From: Marsupella aquatica
Lineage: Eukaryota > Plantae > Marchantiophyta
DNA: 64,000 nt
Assembly (NCBI GenBank): GCA_973895155.1
Contig: OZ316892.1
Span: 6,803,251-6,867,250, forward strand
Reading direction: 5' to 3'
The translations under genes were made by a program, and so were the position numbers. Positions 51,065 through 64,000 of the stretch are shown piece by piece. The number at the start of each line of letters is the position of its first letter. Position 1 is the stretch's first letter. The notes below the pieces were generated by a model. It did not search any database. It was not told the DNA's origin and worked only from the letters and a program-made list of their open reading frames with translations.

Positions 51065-51757
51065 TGAAGAACGCTGACTTCGTGCTCCACACCAACCAGC
51101 AACGTTCCTCTCTGTTCTTCAAGCGTTTCTCCCTCTCTGTTCTTCAAGCGTTTCTCCAGTTCAGGGCCGGCCCAAATCCTGAAGACCTACAAAGCTTTAC
51201 GGCTCTTGCAATCAAAATCCGAAAGCGCAATGGAAATTGAATAGCTCTCGCCCTACCTCAGCGTACACTTCGCTCACAACTTTCTGCACAATCCAAACCC
51301 ACAGAAATACCTTCTACAGTATTATCGAAACCATTATCCAACTACCAAAGTCAATACGGTCGACACAAAATCTCTTCCCTCTCCACACGCAGAATAACGG
51401 CAAATATCCACGAAGGAAAATTCAGGAGATTCTTGCCTTCTTCCCCACCTCAGGGACAAAAAGAGACTCCTGGCCGAAAACGAATTCTGAGTGAAAGCAG
51501 GCAAATGATTACAAGCTCAAGTGCAGAATGCACTGTAAAATCCCATCAAACATGAACACCTAGTAACACATCACCATAACAGATAGCGAAGACACATATG
51601 ATTGTATCTCCTCAGAAACCGTAAGTGAAAAACTCCTTTCCAGGACTGACTGCTCGAAAGAAAGCAAGGCACTCAGTCCGAAGGCCCCACCACAACACAA
51701 CCCAAAACCGCAAGTGAATGAATGAATGGATGCCTCCACAATAGACACAGGGGGTGG

Positions 51758-51998
51758 CAATCAATCAATCCAAAGCTCGCCACAATCCAACCCAACCCAA
51801 CCCAACCCACCTCAATTGCTCTGCCCACAAGACCGAAATGACATGAAATTGTCAATCGATCAATCCAGAGCTCGCCACAACCCAACCAAAACCCAACCCA
51901 GCTCGACTGCTCTGCCCACAACGCAAATGGCTCCAAGACCGAAATGACATAAAATTGTCAATCAATCAGTCCCAATTCCGAAAGCTCCGCCACAATCC
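51758..51998. repeat. Tandem repeat (about 95-110 bp, 2.5 copies) upstream of ISPF
   Basis: Repeated CAATC(A/G)ATCAATCC..AGCTCGCCACAA..(CCCAA)n..GACCGAAATGACAT.AAATTGT. Confidence 0.8.
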
Positions 51999-53193
51999 GC
52001 ATCCCGAAAGGAGCTAAAGCATTGAATTCCGTGACGACACTTTGCAGGAGCCGTCTACACACCAAACCCCCGATCCCATTCATCCCACTGCCAGAGATTC
52101 CGTTTGCTGGTTGGTTCTGTCCTGTCTAACCAAGCCCATTACTGACAAAGGGCCTAACTCGAGTAGAAGCTGTCGATCTGGAGTCACGCCCCACTGACCA
52201 CTGCTTAACCTGAGTTGTCTATCTGACGTCAAGTCCCATTGACCAGTCTTTTGGTAGCTTTAGACAACTTATTGTACATGTAATGTATGTAATATAAACG
52301 TAAACCCCTCTTGAATTTTTTTCTTTGTATCTGTGTACCAGGTTATGAGACATTTCCCCCACATGAAGCCACTGAAACCCTGGGCCAGCCTGGCCTGGGG
52401 ATTATGAAATTTGAATGAGAAAGAGGGTAACTGCAAGTGACAGACAGTGGCGGATCAGACTTTTACTGTGTCAAACTGAACTGAATGTTCTGTAAAAATT
52501 CACTCAGGCTTTGCGCTTGGTAACTCATCCCCACTTGGAGATAATGGATGTAACCCCCTCGGGCTCAGCGCCCTCTGGGATTACATCCCATTACCCCCTC
52601 TTGGGGATGGGTTACCCTACACATAAACATATTAGACCCAACAAAGCTCGGGATATAGGACCTTAGAGCACTCTCACCCATGCTCACCAAGCAGTCCTGC
52701 AATCGGGTCTGGGTTGTGAAGGGTTTCCCCACCTGTCCTGCTTTTCACTATGAGAAAAAAGTTGAAGAGTCTCTGCACTTGTCAGTTTGATCAAAACTAG
52801 GAAGGCCGATTGCAGTCGTCAATTGGTCTTGGCGGGCTGTCCCACTAGATTGTGGAGCACAGGACTATGAGCCTCGGGATGAAAAACTATGGGCAGTGAC
52901 CTTGGGGACTGACTGGGGCACAATAGGGTTCCAAAACTGGGTCTGCTGGGTTGTCTTGCTACACTCCCTCCTGGCTAGTTGGTTCTTTTGTTATTTATGT
53001 GTCACAGTGAGTAACCTTCACATCCAAACATTATGCCTTCTCTAGTCATACTCATGCTTGCAGTCCATGGAGAGCCTCGCCAAATATTAGGCAAAACTGA
53101 AAGTGGCTATAGGAGTCAATTTCTGTCAGGGCGTGTGATTACCAAGTAAAAACAAACTGATCTAAACCCAATAATACCAATAGAATCTCCTAA

Positions 53194-53481
53194 GGGCTAG
53201 GTTCCATGGGGCTGGGAGAGAGGAATACAAATGTGTGTCAGAATGTTTAAGCCAATAAGATTAGAGATTTTCCAGGGACTGAGGGTTATAATAATACTCT
53301 AGTAAGGAATAATACTGTGTCAATGCCCTGTAATGTTACTAGTAAGGGGCATTGACATTATTAAAGTCAAAACTTATACATTTGAAATACTGTGTACACC
53401 TTGGTATATGGCATATTTGGGGCCCAGGGGTGTCAGAGGAAGTGATCCTACTCCTTGCCCCTGACCCATGGAACCTTGCCC
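53194..53481. mobile_element. Tourist-like (PIF/Harbinger) MITE, 288 bp
   Basis: TIR GGGCTAGGTTCCATGGG / CCCATGGAACCTTGCCC with 1 mismatch; TAA TSD at 53191-53193 and 53482-53484; internal palindrome TGTCAATGCCC/GGGCATTGACA. Confidence 0.8.
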
Positions 53482-53842
53482 TAAAGCACAACTTGTTTCT
53501 CAAAAAAGAAAATATTTAAGGCATGTACGGAAATTATTGGGATACAAAGTGCGGTAATGTAAATGCACTTTGCACGTGCTGAGTCGAATTGCATTGGGAA
53601 CGAACTTTGTCACAGTTCTGAAGATAGCTTGTAGCTGTTTTCTGACTAAATGAGGGATCATATTCATTCAAGGAACTTGGTGGTTGTTGGTGCATCCTCC
53701 TTGACCACCTTGTTAGAGGAATAGAGAGATGCTGTTGTGTATCTTCTTTCGACTCTGCTCGTTGCACTCGATGATTGCGAAGAGGTCCTTTTTAATGTCT
53801 GATGTTTTGATTTGGCAAAGTAGATTCGATCATGTGCGTCTG

Positions 53843-56800
53843 TCACCCGCCTTCATGTACCGGCCTTTGAAAGAGGTTTGAGAGCCTGCATTGAATTTCA
53901 AAAAATGTTGTCTAGAGAGCTTGCCATGTGCATTTGGATTCTCTAATCTATATGGCGATCATCCAGAACAACTCGAGATGTAGCGAACCAACAATGGTGT
54001 TGGCCATCTTCCTACTTTCTACGCAGAAAATTGTCTCTAGTAGTATGCACTTTCTCGGTGAATCTCAATGATTACCGGATTCTCAACGGCCAACTTTATC
54101 TGGTTCTTCTTTTCTTCTTCATAAAAGTTATTGGTTTGTCAAGGGCTCAGATTCAAATTCTCTAATGCTTTATGATAGGTTTCTGTCGTCAGGGATACGT
54201 TCTTTCAATTCTAAGCTCTCAGGCATTTCCGGAGTCTTGTGCAGTCTTACCAAGAAAGGCCCACAGCCCCAGTGTCAGGAGTGGCAAATTGGTAGGGCTC
54301 AGTCTTCTGATGACCCTCGTGTTGGGAGTGAGTAGCTTGGCATACACCCTATCTAGCTACCCACCAAATCCAGCTAGTCTCTGCAAAGACGGGTGCGGCG
54401 ATTCAACCGCTCTAAAGAAAATTCTCGAGAAATTTTGTGAACTGGGATAAGGATGTAACGCATCTCCAACAGTTGAACCGTTGCACCTGTCTTCTCAGAG
54501 ACTAGCTGGAGAAGTAGTACACTCGGCTTCCAGCTTGTTCTTGCTAATCACGTAGGAATGATTTGCCTGTTTCAAGGACTGACCATGGCCATTGAGGTAA
54601 ATATTTGGGCGAGCGTGGCAATATTGTCAACCTCAGAGGCTTCAAAAAGGAACGCAGTTACATGAAGCGAAAGACGACAATTGTCGTTGCACAACATACA
54701 AGATCAATGTAATTTTAGCGAATTTTAGCGAATTACGTTGATCGAACTTAATAGCTTCCAGATTGCTTCTTGCAGACACAAATGAGAGCAGTCACAAGTG
54801 AGCGCTCTACCTCTTCCCGTTCCTTGATTTTTAAACGAGAACCAAAGGAGGACAGATATCAACTCTGACAAGACCGAAGGAATTGCCAGCCATTTCAGGA
54901 AATCGCTGTTGGATCCATGTCCTTGAAATATTTGATTCAAAAGTCGTCGTATGACAACAATCTCTGACATAGTGCTGCAGTCCCTTAAGCGCTCTTCAGG
55001 AATTGTGGAGTCCTCTAAGAAAAGGGCACAACCTCGAGAATAATTACTGTCGAACACGTGCTAACATACTTCTACAACCTTGACCACTAGTTTCATAAGA
55101 TCGGCCATTATCTTTCAAACCTAAGCTAATGTGACAAACTCCTACAATGTCTGTTGTACCGGAATATACAGCACAGCCGACAATTATGAAATTGCTGTAC
55201 AGAGAGAGGTCCCCATTGTCGTAAGTTGTGAAATGGCGTAAGGACATATTCAGCTTTTGAGCACCGTTATTAGAAGTTGTTGAAGAGCAGGATTACTCGT
55301 TACATCATGTATTTGAGATAAACCCCTGCATATACCAAACGACATGCACAATCTCAAGTTCTCTGAAAAATCCACCATACACTACATAGCACACAATGAG
55401 ACTGGACGAGAATTGTTGGTACAAATGAGATAAATGGCTTACCGGTTTCCTATGATAGTCTTCACCCGCGCCCTGAGCTCAAGCTTGAAAGATGGGTAGC
55501 GATCTATGCAAGAGGCCAACCCTGTCCCACACACGAGTCAAGAAGTGACACAATTAATTCCTCAATACTCGAAATACACGTATGTTCTAACCCATATTTA
55601 GTTCATAATTTCGGTCATCTAGCCAAGTCACCAAGCTGCTTCTTAGAATTATTTATGAATGACAACAACCTGCCTGAAAAATCTATACTGTTACACTTTT
55701 ATACGAGTGAATGCATCACAAACATGGGACAAATGAAAAAACGCCAGAACCTGTTAGAATAATCTCCAAAAGATCTTCTTCATCACCCTGCTCAACACTT
55801 GTGTCTACCTGCTCAAGTTAAGACAATAATTTCAGAGTCCAAATGGATGACTACAAATAGCTAAATCCAACTGTTCAATGAAACCCAAGCGACCACCACG
55901 GCAATGATTCCCTATCAAAACGGTTCTACTTTTAGCCGAAGCGGTGAATCTCCCCACGCCAGTATGTCCAAGGGCTCCTTGAAAAGAGTATGCATTTGAC
56001 AATCTCCATACCGTAAAAGATCGTTCAACACTTGAAAAAATCACTTGTAACACGGAGAGCAGGCCACCAGGACCCACTTCTGGACTCCTTCGCAAGTGGT
56101 CCTCGTCAGTGAATGCTAAAACAGAAGTCAAAACACTTGCTGCCATAGCGTTCTCCATCCTTGTTAGCCCTCGTCCTGATAACGACAGAACTGCCCATCA
56201 GAAGGTGCCAGGGTAGGATCGCCGGCATGAACACCAAAATAATGTTTGGGAATCATACTGTGTTAGCGCGTACTAGTTGCCGAAAAGTTCCCCCAGTCAT
56301 GTTGATCTAGAATGAAATTTTCTACAACATCTATTTCCCAAAGTAACATGACTTTCCACCAACCCACAACAGTCCCCCATAAGTCCTGGAAGGCAGGAAT
56401 AGTACATGAACTACCAACGTCCAGAGCTGAGGTAGAAGACGCGTACCAACCCATGCTACCAATGCAGGAATTACAGGAATGAAGTTTCCGCCACTGATTC
56501 CATCTATTGGCTTTACTTTCTGTGATTAGCATAAAAGTGTATCAGTCTACGGACGATGACTAATGACGTCAACGAGGTATTAAATTTTGCTCTGGTAAAT
56601 AACGGGGATAACTGGCATCTTCAGGTAAGAATCAACAGACTTTGAGGGTTAGGACCTTTGTCAGAAGATTGAGCAGTATATCGCAGATGTCGACCAAACA
56701 ACCGTTTGTTTCATGTGTTTCGAATATCAACCATGATAAAAGTTTCACTATCTGTATTCAAGCACAAAAGAGACGTTAGTGCCTGTGACCTGTCGGACAA

Positions 56801-59800
56801 AGATTGATGGAAACAGACCCGAAACAAACTTTGAAAGTATTTGCAATGTCTTGTAGGAGCTAAACAAACCCGCAGAAGCTCTCATGAAGCAGAAGCATCT
56901 ACAAGCACTCAAATAAATGAACCTGGAAAGTATGAAAACTTGACCAAACTAAAAGGAAACAACTAACTTCACCTGTATGTGACTCCCAGAAGCTATCACA
57001 AGCTTGGATCCATTGGGATCAAGTGTAACTTGAGTCAAGTAAGGTACCATAAACTGCACGGCAAGGAATGGCCTGTCCATCAATGAAAGCACTTTATTTA
57101 TCAAGGGCAACAATAAACTGATTCAAAATCCATCTGCATGGCCTAGGTTGCTCAGGGCTTCTACTCATATCAAAGTCCTCTACATAGTGGTTGGTGGTAC
57201 AGGAGTGTTGTGTGTCCGGGAGTACTTCGAAGCAAAGTAATTATGCACTTAGAAAGAAACTTATCGATAAGAAATAGACAGACTGGACCGACGTAGTTTG
57301 GGATATATGGCTCATCGCTTCGGAGCAGATACCTGCTTTCACTTGATGACGATATTGAAAGGAAAAAATTTAGTAGCCTGTGGCAGCGTTCTTGATGTGC
57401 GAAAGGAGCCTCAGCCAGATATCTGCCAAGGAATTGTAGGAAGCATTTGTCAAAAACGTTAAAATTAAAGCACTACTTTCCAACGTTTACATATAACGCG
57501 ATAGATCTTGACTAGTCTAAGAGAGCATAAACTTATGTTTCGCCAGGACACAACGTTTTCGGTCAGATATTGCAATTTGCTGTACTTGTCTTCACTCCAA
57601 ACGTAAGTTTAGGCTAGCCCAACCTGCTAACAATACGAACTGAAGCCATGAGAACGTCTCCTTGATTTTGATGGTGCTTCTGCATAACGAACAATTGAGA
57701 GCTAACTGTCAATACAAAGTGGTCAAACTAGCGTGACACTTCCACTTGATGATGAGATAGACAACTGCGAGACTCGTATTTTTGTCTCATCCCAGATGAG
57801 GAGACACAAATGAACCATAAGCTGTGATGTTCCTGCTACGGCAAAAGACGATGATCAGTGCTAGATGTGCCTGGGGGTCTTTCATGTGGCACCAAAGCTT
57901 ATTGAAGTTGCATCGTTGCCAATCAGATCAACGATCCAAATATCAACTCAAAACGCGAGACCTGAGCGTCCTCCAAGAACTCGAGAACAATTCCCACTAC
58001 TTCATCCAGGGCAACCAAGGTCTTCTGTAGAGTTGTTTGTTGCATCTCCTTTGAGCCATCTGTAAAAATTGAATGCCTTAGTTTAATTTAGATTTTTTAA
58101 ATGTCCTTCGTACAGAGGAAATTCTTCTCTAAACCTTCCCAAAGTGAACAACAAAAAAATACATGAATTAACTACCAGAGTAGCATATCGTCCATCAATC
58201 TTTCAAGTGCCAAAGTTCTTTATGCCCAATCCACCTAAGACCACAAATTTCAAGCAAACGCAAACGACGATGCTAAAATACTGGTGATGAGATTCCAGAC
58301 CTTCTTGAGTTGCCACAATAGTGATAACATACTCCAGTAGTGCAAAACATTTCATTAGTCTGCGTTGCTTTACGGAAGCTGCTTCAGACGATTTAGATGT
58401 CTCTGCCTCAGTCGATTCTCCAGAATCAAAAGCAGTTTGGGCGATCTCATTCAATAGCACTGCTGTCTCCACTCTTAACGTTTCCACAACAAGAAGAAAG
58501 AACCTGTCGATAGACTATGCATGTTAGTACAGTTATATGAAGCACCGAGAAATCAGTTGAGCGAATCTCACAGAAGTGGGAAGCCTAAATTACCTGTCTG
58601 GGGGTGCTTGTCCTTGTTTACCAGGAAATTCTATTGAACCAATCAGCCAGGTGTCCCCGACAAGTTCCACAATGGATTCAGCTAGCTCCAATACAAGGTA
58701 CTTTTGTTCGATAGCTGCTCCAATCAGTAAACAGAATCAGAAGGTAGATAGACGACAAATCTCACTATCATCCAGCCAGTCCCTTGCCATCCAGCCAGTT
58801 CAACTTAGACACAGGAATGAGACAAAGATGCATGGTAATTCAACACCCTTGCGAAAAATTATCAAAGCAGTCTGGAGACAGTTAGATTTGATTGTTTACC
58901 TACACGGCTATGCAAGATCTGACCAAGTCCTATCCTTGCCTGGTCTGGCCATAGAGAAAGGTGGATTGAGTCTCTAAGAGCCGAGCTAATAGGCGTCTGC
59001 AAAACCCAGAAAGAACGTCTGAGTTGACACCGCTGCCTGTGTCCTACATCTAGGAATATATATATATATATATACCCTAAATACAAAAGCGGGAAGTGAT
59101 GCAGAGACGGTCTTTTGAAGTTCCGGTGTGACGACTGGTTGTCCCTAGGACAAGGACCAAAAGCAACAAAAGTAAGACCCAAGATACTGAAGCTGGTACT
59201 TTTAACATCATCTTACCGAAACGTCGGAAACTAGAAGTGAGTATAAAATTGATAAGGCTTCAAACTTGACAGTGTCTTGTCGGAATGCCAACTGTGTAGC
59301 AACAGCTGGTATCTGCGGCCAAAAATGACATGGGCATAAAAGGCAATCATTGAATGAGCTCAGTTCATCCAACTCATAATGAATGACTGCATCTCCCTCA
59401 TAAGGAGAGCGAATTGCGGGTCTAAATATATCTGGGAACGAACTCAAATGGAAACCATTATGGAGTATACATGCTCCATTTGAACTGGACTTCTCACCAC
59501 GTATGTCAAATCTTGGGCATACTGTCCAGTACGATTCTCGGCAGCTACCTTCGCCAATAAGGTGTGAAGCAACTTCATAGCCACTGGGAACCAAGGAGCA
59601 TCTGCAAACGAGGAATTATGATATTTTGACAAATGGACGTGTACAATTTGGTTGACAGGGACTCCTCAAAGCCATTTCTATACAAAAATAATACTTCCTA
59701 CGGGATTACGCAATCTTGGACTTGTACAACTTAATATAAAATAGAATATCGTGATACAAGTTTGTTCTGCAAACACCATGGTTGACATGCATGCAACCAG

Positions 59801-61156
59801 TGGTGAAGAGACTCTACCTGGAGCTGAATCATGAAGTTGGTGGACTACAGCAGTCAGTGCCCTGAAATCTAGCAATGCTTGCATCCCTTTTTCGGAGGAT
59901 ATCGATACAGCCAAGAGACAATCATAGCAATCTCCTGCCGCTGCTTCCTCTTGCCTTGAGGGAAGGTAAAAATTGAAAAAAACTGTCAGTCTTCACCTAT
60001 CTAGAAAATATCTCTCAGAAGTAACATAGCTCTGGGTGACAGGCTCCAGAGCATATGCAAATAAACTACAGCCAAACTTTAAACATTGAATTTCTTCAAC
60101 AGTTCACAAGATACATATGCTGATTGGCCAAGGACACAGGATCCAGCCCCAGTACAGGGCGAATAAATACGTTCGAAAAGCTGCGAAACATGATATTACG
60201 AAAATCTAACAGTAGATTGTCTCTTTGTTAATGAAAAATCATTGTATCACTTTCAAGTCTAAGCCGTACCGCTTGTTTCAACAAGTTCATACAACCCACT
60301 TGTTTCAACAATTTCATACATCTGCTACTCATTCCCGAGAGCCGACAGACCCAGCCAGGCAACCCTTCCGAGAGCGACGTTATAGGAAAATGGCTGCGGG
60401 GTTGTGCTGGTTTCTTATTCAACCTGGTGTTTGGGAAAATTACGATATCATTGAGCACTAGATGTGAGGAATTTAATATGAGCCAGAAATTTCAAGGTAA
60501 AGAGACGGCTTCTTACTTGCTTCCGAGTGTCGTCAAAAAAATTGGAACTTTGGCGATCGTCTCTTCTGACGAAGCGAGTTCTGGTAGACGGCAAAATGCA
60601 GCGAGAATGGATAGCGCCAGATGCAGGTACGCCTGTCTTTTATCTTGCCCCTTCCCAACCTCACCTAACCCTGGAGATGTGCAGAAACAAAGTCATAAAT
60701 GACACACAGCAATGAGACCGTAAACTTGTTATATCGGGAATTCATGGGTTTAGGGTTTTGGGTTTATCACAGGTGCTCTGGAGGTTGCTACATTCCTCGA
60801 TCGCTGGAATTGACTATATCTGTCAAAAAAGTCGATGCAAAACCTATAGTCTTGACTTTACACCGTCAAAGAGAAAGATCATTTATGTGTGCCATGTCCA
60901 AAAACTTTCAGAGGAAGATAAGATCGTCTTCTGCTAGCGATGGAACAATCTATCTAAGTTTTTGAAAACCAGTACCTGTTTTGAGCAGGCGATTAATGAA
61001 TTGGAAACCAATTGCTTCAAACACCTTGCGCACAGCCTCAATGTCATCCCCTTTGACAAATTTCGTGGCCAGCAAAAGACCCACCAGTCTCCGTTCATCG
61101 CTGTCTCCCTTCAGTAGCTTCAAGCAGTCATCCAAACTCGGTTCATTCGCCTGCAT
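53843..61156 (-). CDS. NCDN: Neurochondrin-family ARM-repeat protein, about 16 exons
   Basis: First exon 61156-60976 MQANEPSLDDCLKLLKGDSDERRLVGLLLATK..AIGFQFINRLLKT is the typical neurochondrin N-terminus. Further GT-AG exons run down to about 55443 (GLASCIDRYP). The final exon 53885-53843 is the least certain. Confidence 0.85.
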
Positions 61157-61469
61157 GGAAGGCCAAGAAAATATAATCTGTTGAGGCCCCTGCTTGCTTG
61201 CTTACTACCATTCAAACCGATGAGATTCACAAATGCCGAATTCAAGAGGAATCCCTCAATTCAATTCCAAGTTCAAATCGTACCATGAAGTATTTATTTG
61301 CAGCGTCACAAGAAACAGTCTGCGCAAGCGAACATCACCACTCTCAAAGGCCTTCAGATAATTGCGTGCAGGAATTTACATCCACACCATGACACTAACT
61401 TCAATCCATCATCCAGGCCCTCGACCTCTGGACTCGATCCGAACATCGAAGACTTTTCCTATTAATATT

Positions 61470-61610
61470 CCCTAAACCCTCGAAAACCCTCAACCCTGAT
61501 GAGTCTCTCAGTTTCTGGCCCTGGCTTCTCTTGGCCCTTTTTTGTCTGGCCTCGCTTGGCCCTGGCTTCTCTTGGCCCTTTTGTGTCTGGCCTCGCTTGG
61601 CCCTGGCTTC
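61470..61610 (-). promoter_or_regulatory. Putative NCDN promoter with telo-box-like AAACCCT motifs and a tandem duplication of about 41 bp rich in TGGCCC
   Basis: AAACCCT repeats at 61474-61497; TGGCCCTGGCTTCTCTTGGCCCTTTT.TGTCTGGCCTCGCT twice; 300-450 bp upstream of the ATG. Confidence 0.4.
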
Positions 61611-63867
61611 CAGACCATTCTGATCCCCTATCCCACATTAGGGAGTCTCAAACCTCTATGTTTTGCCTCCAGCCGAGGTGGTTTCCCTGAACTAAAGTGG
61701 CGGACAAGACCAGGCTTGTCCACACCCTGGGACCACAAACCCGAACTGGTACTTTTGGGCAAGGGATCTTTTTGCAGAACTGAAGTTTTGAGGGGCCCTA
61801 TCTGAGCCTTAGGGTTGTCTTACATGTTGCTGATACTCAAATTTTCACTTGATTATCCAAAAAAGTGATTATGGGTGCAGTTAGAGACTTGCAAATTTAT
61901 ATTAACTAACAAGATAATTACATGTCACCAGGCAATTCATGTTCATTGGATTTTATTTATCGATGGTGTAGATCGTGCAATGTGGGTTATCACTTGTGTG
62001 ATGGTTGAGAACACACGTGTTTTTAAAAATTACAGAATCTGATGGTTTTGCGAAGTGTCAACTCATATTTGAAAACCTCATGTGAGAACCACATGCACAC
62101 ATCATCACCTGAATTTTTATTGGTTTTCTCAAAGGTTGGAACTACCAAGAGAGCAAGGGCAGGCACATTTCAGGCCTTTACCCTTGATGGACACAATAAC
62201 TTTTGTTTATGGATCAATCTATGTTGCTGCTATGTGTCAGATGGGCAAGGCTTAGTCGCTGGCTTTGTAGTTTCCTTGTAGACATTTGCAGAGGCACATT
62301 TTGTTTTATTCATTTTTCAAAGATTGGGATGTCCAGAGCGGAAAAGTTTCCTCACTTGGCCCTCTAAGCTTTGCTTAACATGCCATCAAGTTGGGCTAAA
62401 GGGGCTGTTCAAGCCTAAAGTTCTTTTTAAATAATATGCTGCCAGATGATCAATTAGGGCCGCAAATTTTAAGGGCTAGCTATATGCAAGACATTTCTTA
62501 GGATGCTTTACAAGACATCTGTGGCACTTCTTATTCTAAACATACTGGAGTGCCATCCCGATGAAACATTAATCATATTTGATTTCAGGAAATAACTCTT
62601 ATGGCCAGAATATAATCCTCCTGTTTTCATTTTTAGATTTCAAAACAACATATTCTCTTTTACACCAGGATGCTTAGAAATATTCTTTAAAATTTTCCTT
62701 GGCAAAATTATTTCTACTTTTCACAAGTACCTAGAAAGGTCACTGGACGATCATACCCATTTTTTTTAGTTTCTATGTCAGATTCTTATTCCATTTGTTT
62801 GTGGCTATAGCAAATCTCAAATAAACCCTAAACTTCCTAAGGCTATTTGCTTGATTTTTGGCAACTTGTAAAAATGAGGTTGAAGCCCAAATGAACCTTG
62901 TTGATCCTCAACCATCATATCTAGCAATATATCACACTGCCAAAACACAAAAGACATGATCCCAAAGACAGGAGACCCAGTTAAGGAGAGGAACCCCCAA
63001 AAAAAACATGCAATTGGGAATGATAACCCATTTTACAGTCATGACAACAGGAAAGGTGTCATAAAGGCTGCCAAACTGAGTAAAGGACATCTTGAAGCCC
63101 ATTGTCATTGTTTGGGGACTTGGTAAGGTTTTCAAACTGTGATTAGAATCCAGCCAAAATTGGTTTGTCGGAAAGTTCATTTCCTGCCCTGCCTAATGAG
63201 CTAAAAAGGGGTTTTGGGACTTACAAATCCAGCTGGAAATATGATCATGCGCTTAAATTTAGACTTACATTTATTTTTTAATCTTATGTGTACTTTCTTA
63301 TCGCAGCAAATTTTAATGTTTGACCGATTTTCAACCTGGTTGCAAAAGTACATCCAACCATATCTGCAAAACCGTGAGATCCATCCGGGTATCGCTTTTA
63401 TGCAAGAGCACCCTATTTTGGTAATTATTCATTCGCTCGAGATGCAAATTTGTGGTCAATTGGTGACAGGCATGGATGAATTCTTGCCACGCCGAATTTC
63501 GAAACCCTTCAAAGTTGTCATCGAGTGGGCGATGAATTTCTTGCCTCAGAATCAATCCAGCGATGATTTTAAGTCTTATTTCATTCTCTAGACCAACTTA
63601 TTCACGCGCCTGTGCCAACTATTGAAACTGTTACTGTACAGTGCAGGAGTGCAGTAGAGCTGTTCACAAGGTAGTCCGAAATCAATTGCCGTTGGGATGA
63701 TTTATCCTGAGACTCTGGTGGCGCCATAGCTCATGATCGAATGATTGGAATGAACCTGATTGATTCCAGCAACAAAGCAAGATCCCACACTCTTGCAGCT
63801 ATGAAAATGATAGAAAGAGGGATGGGGATTTCGAGTGGCATCCTAAACCCTGCCGGGCAGTGATATT

Positions 63868-64000
63868 TAGCGAAGGCTGCTCATAGGGCCACGGCAAGGG
63901 GAAGGAGGAGCTTTGTAAATGATGGGTTCGCTGGGTTCCTGCGATGGCGTGGGTTTGTTTCTCAGTTGGATCATGAATTCAGGAAAGTCTTCCAAGTCTG
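63868..64000 (-). CDS. Possible 3' end of a gene continuing beyond the window
   Basis: Open frame from the window edge, DLEDFPEFMIQLRNKPTPSQEPSEPIIYKAPPSPCRGPMSSLR*; no family recognised. Confidence 0.2.

Noticed and set aside
17896-61156. Biosynthetic gene cluster formed by the six genes
   Set aside because: They act in unrelated pathways and compartments; this is an ordinary housekeeping neighbourhood.

Overview
Eukaryotic nuclear DNA from a land plant, with GT-AG introns and plant-type genes; the gene and repeat style suggests a bryophyte such as a liverwort, but that is inference. Six spliced genes are recognisable: peroxisomal polyamine oxidase (PAO2/3/4-like, +), phosphatidylglycerophosphate synthase (PGPS, +), EMC8/9 (+), monothiol glutaredoxin GRXS17 (+), MEP-pathway ISPF/MDS (-) and a neurochondrin-family gene (-). 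Intergenic DNA holds an internally deleted Ty1/copia element with a 5-bp TSD, several MITEs and foldbacks, LINE 3' ends, a tRNA-Cys-like head, many local tandem duplications and possible kinase pseudogene relics. The most notable signal is missed by the ORF track: an intron-split 62-aa peptide uORF in the PAO leader, overlapped by a second-frame uORF, so that splicing of a 76-nt intron would decide whether the peptide is made. All exon boundaries and family calls were read by eye; no alignments or database searches were run.
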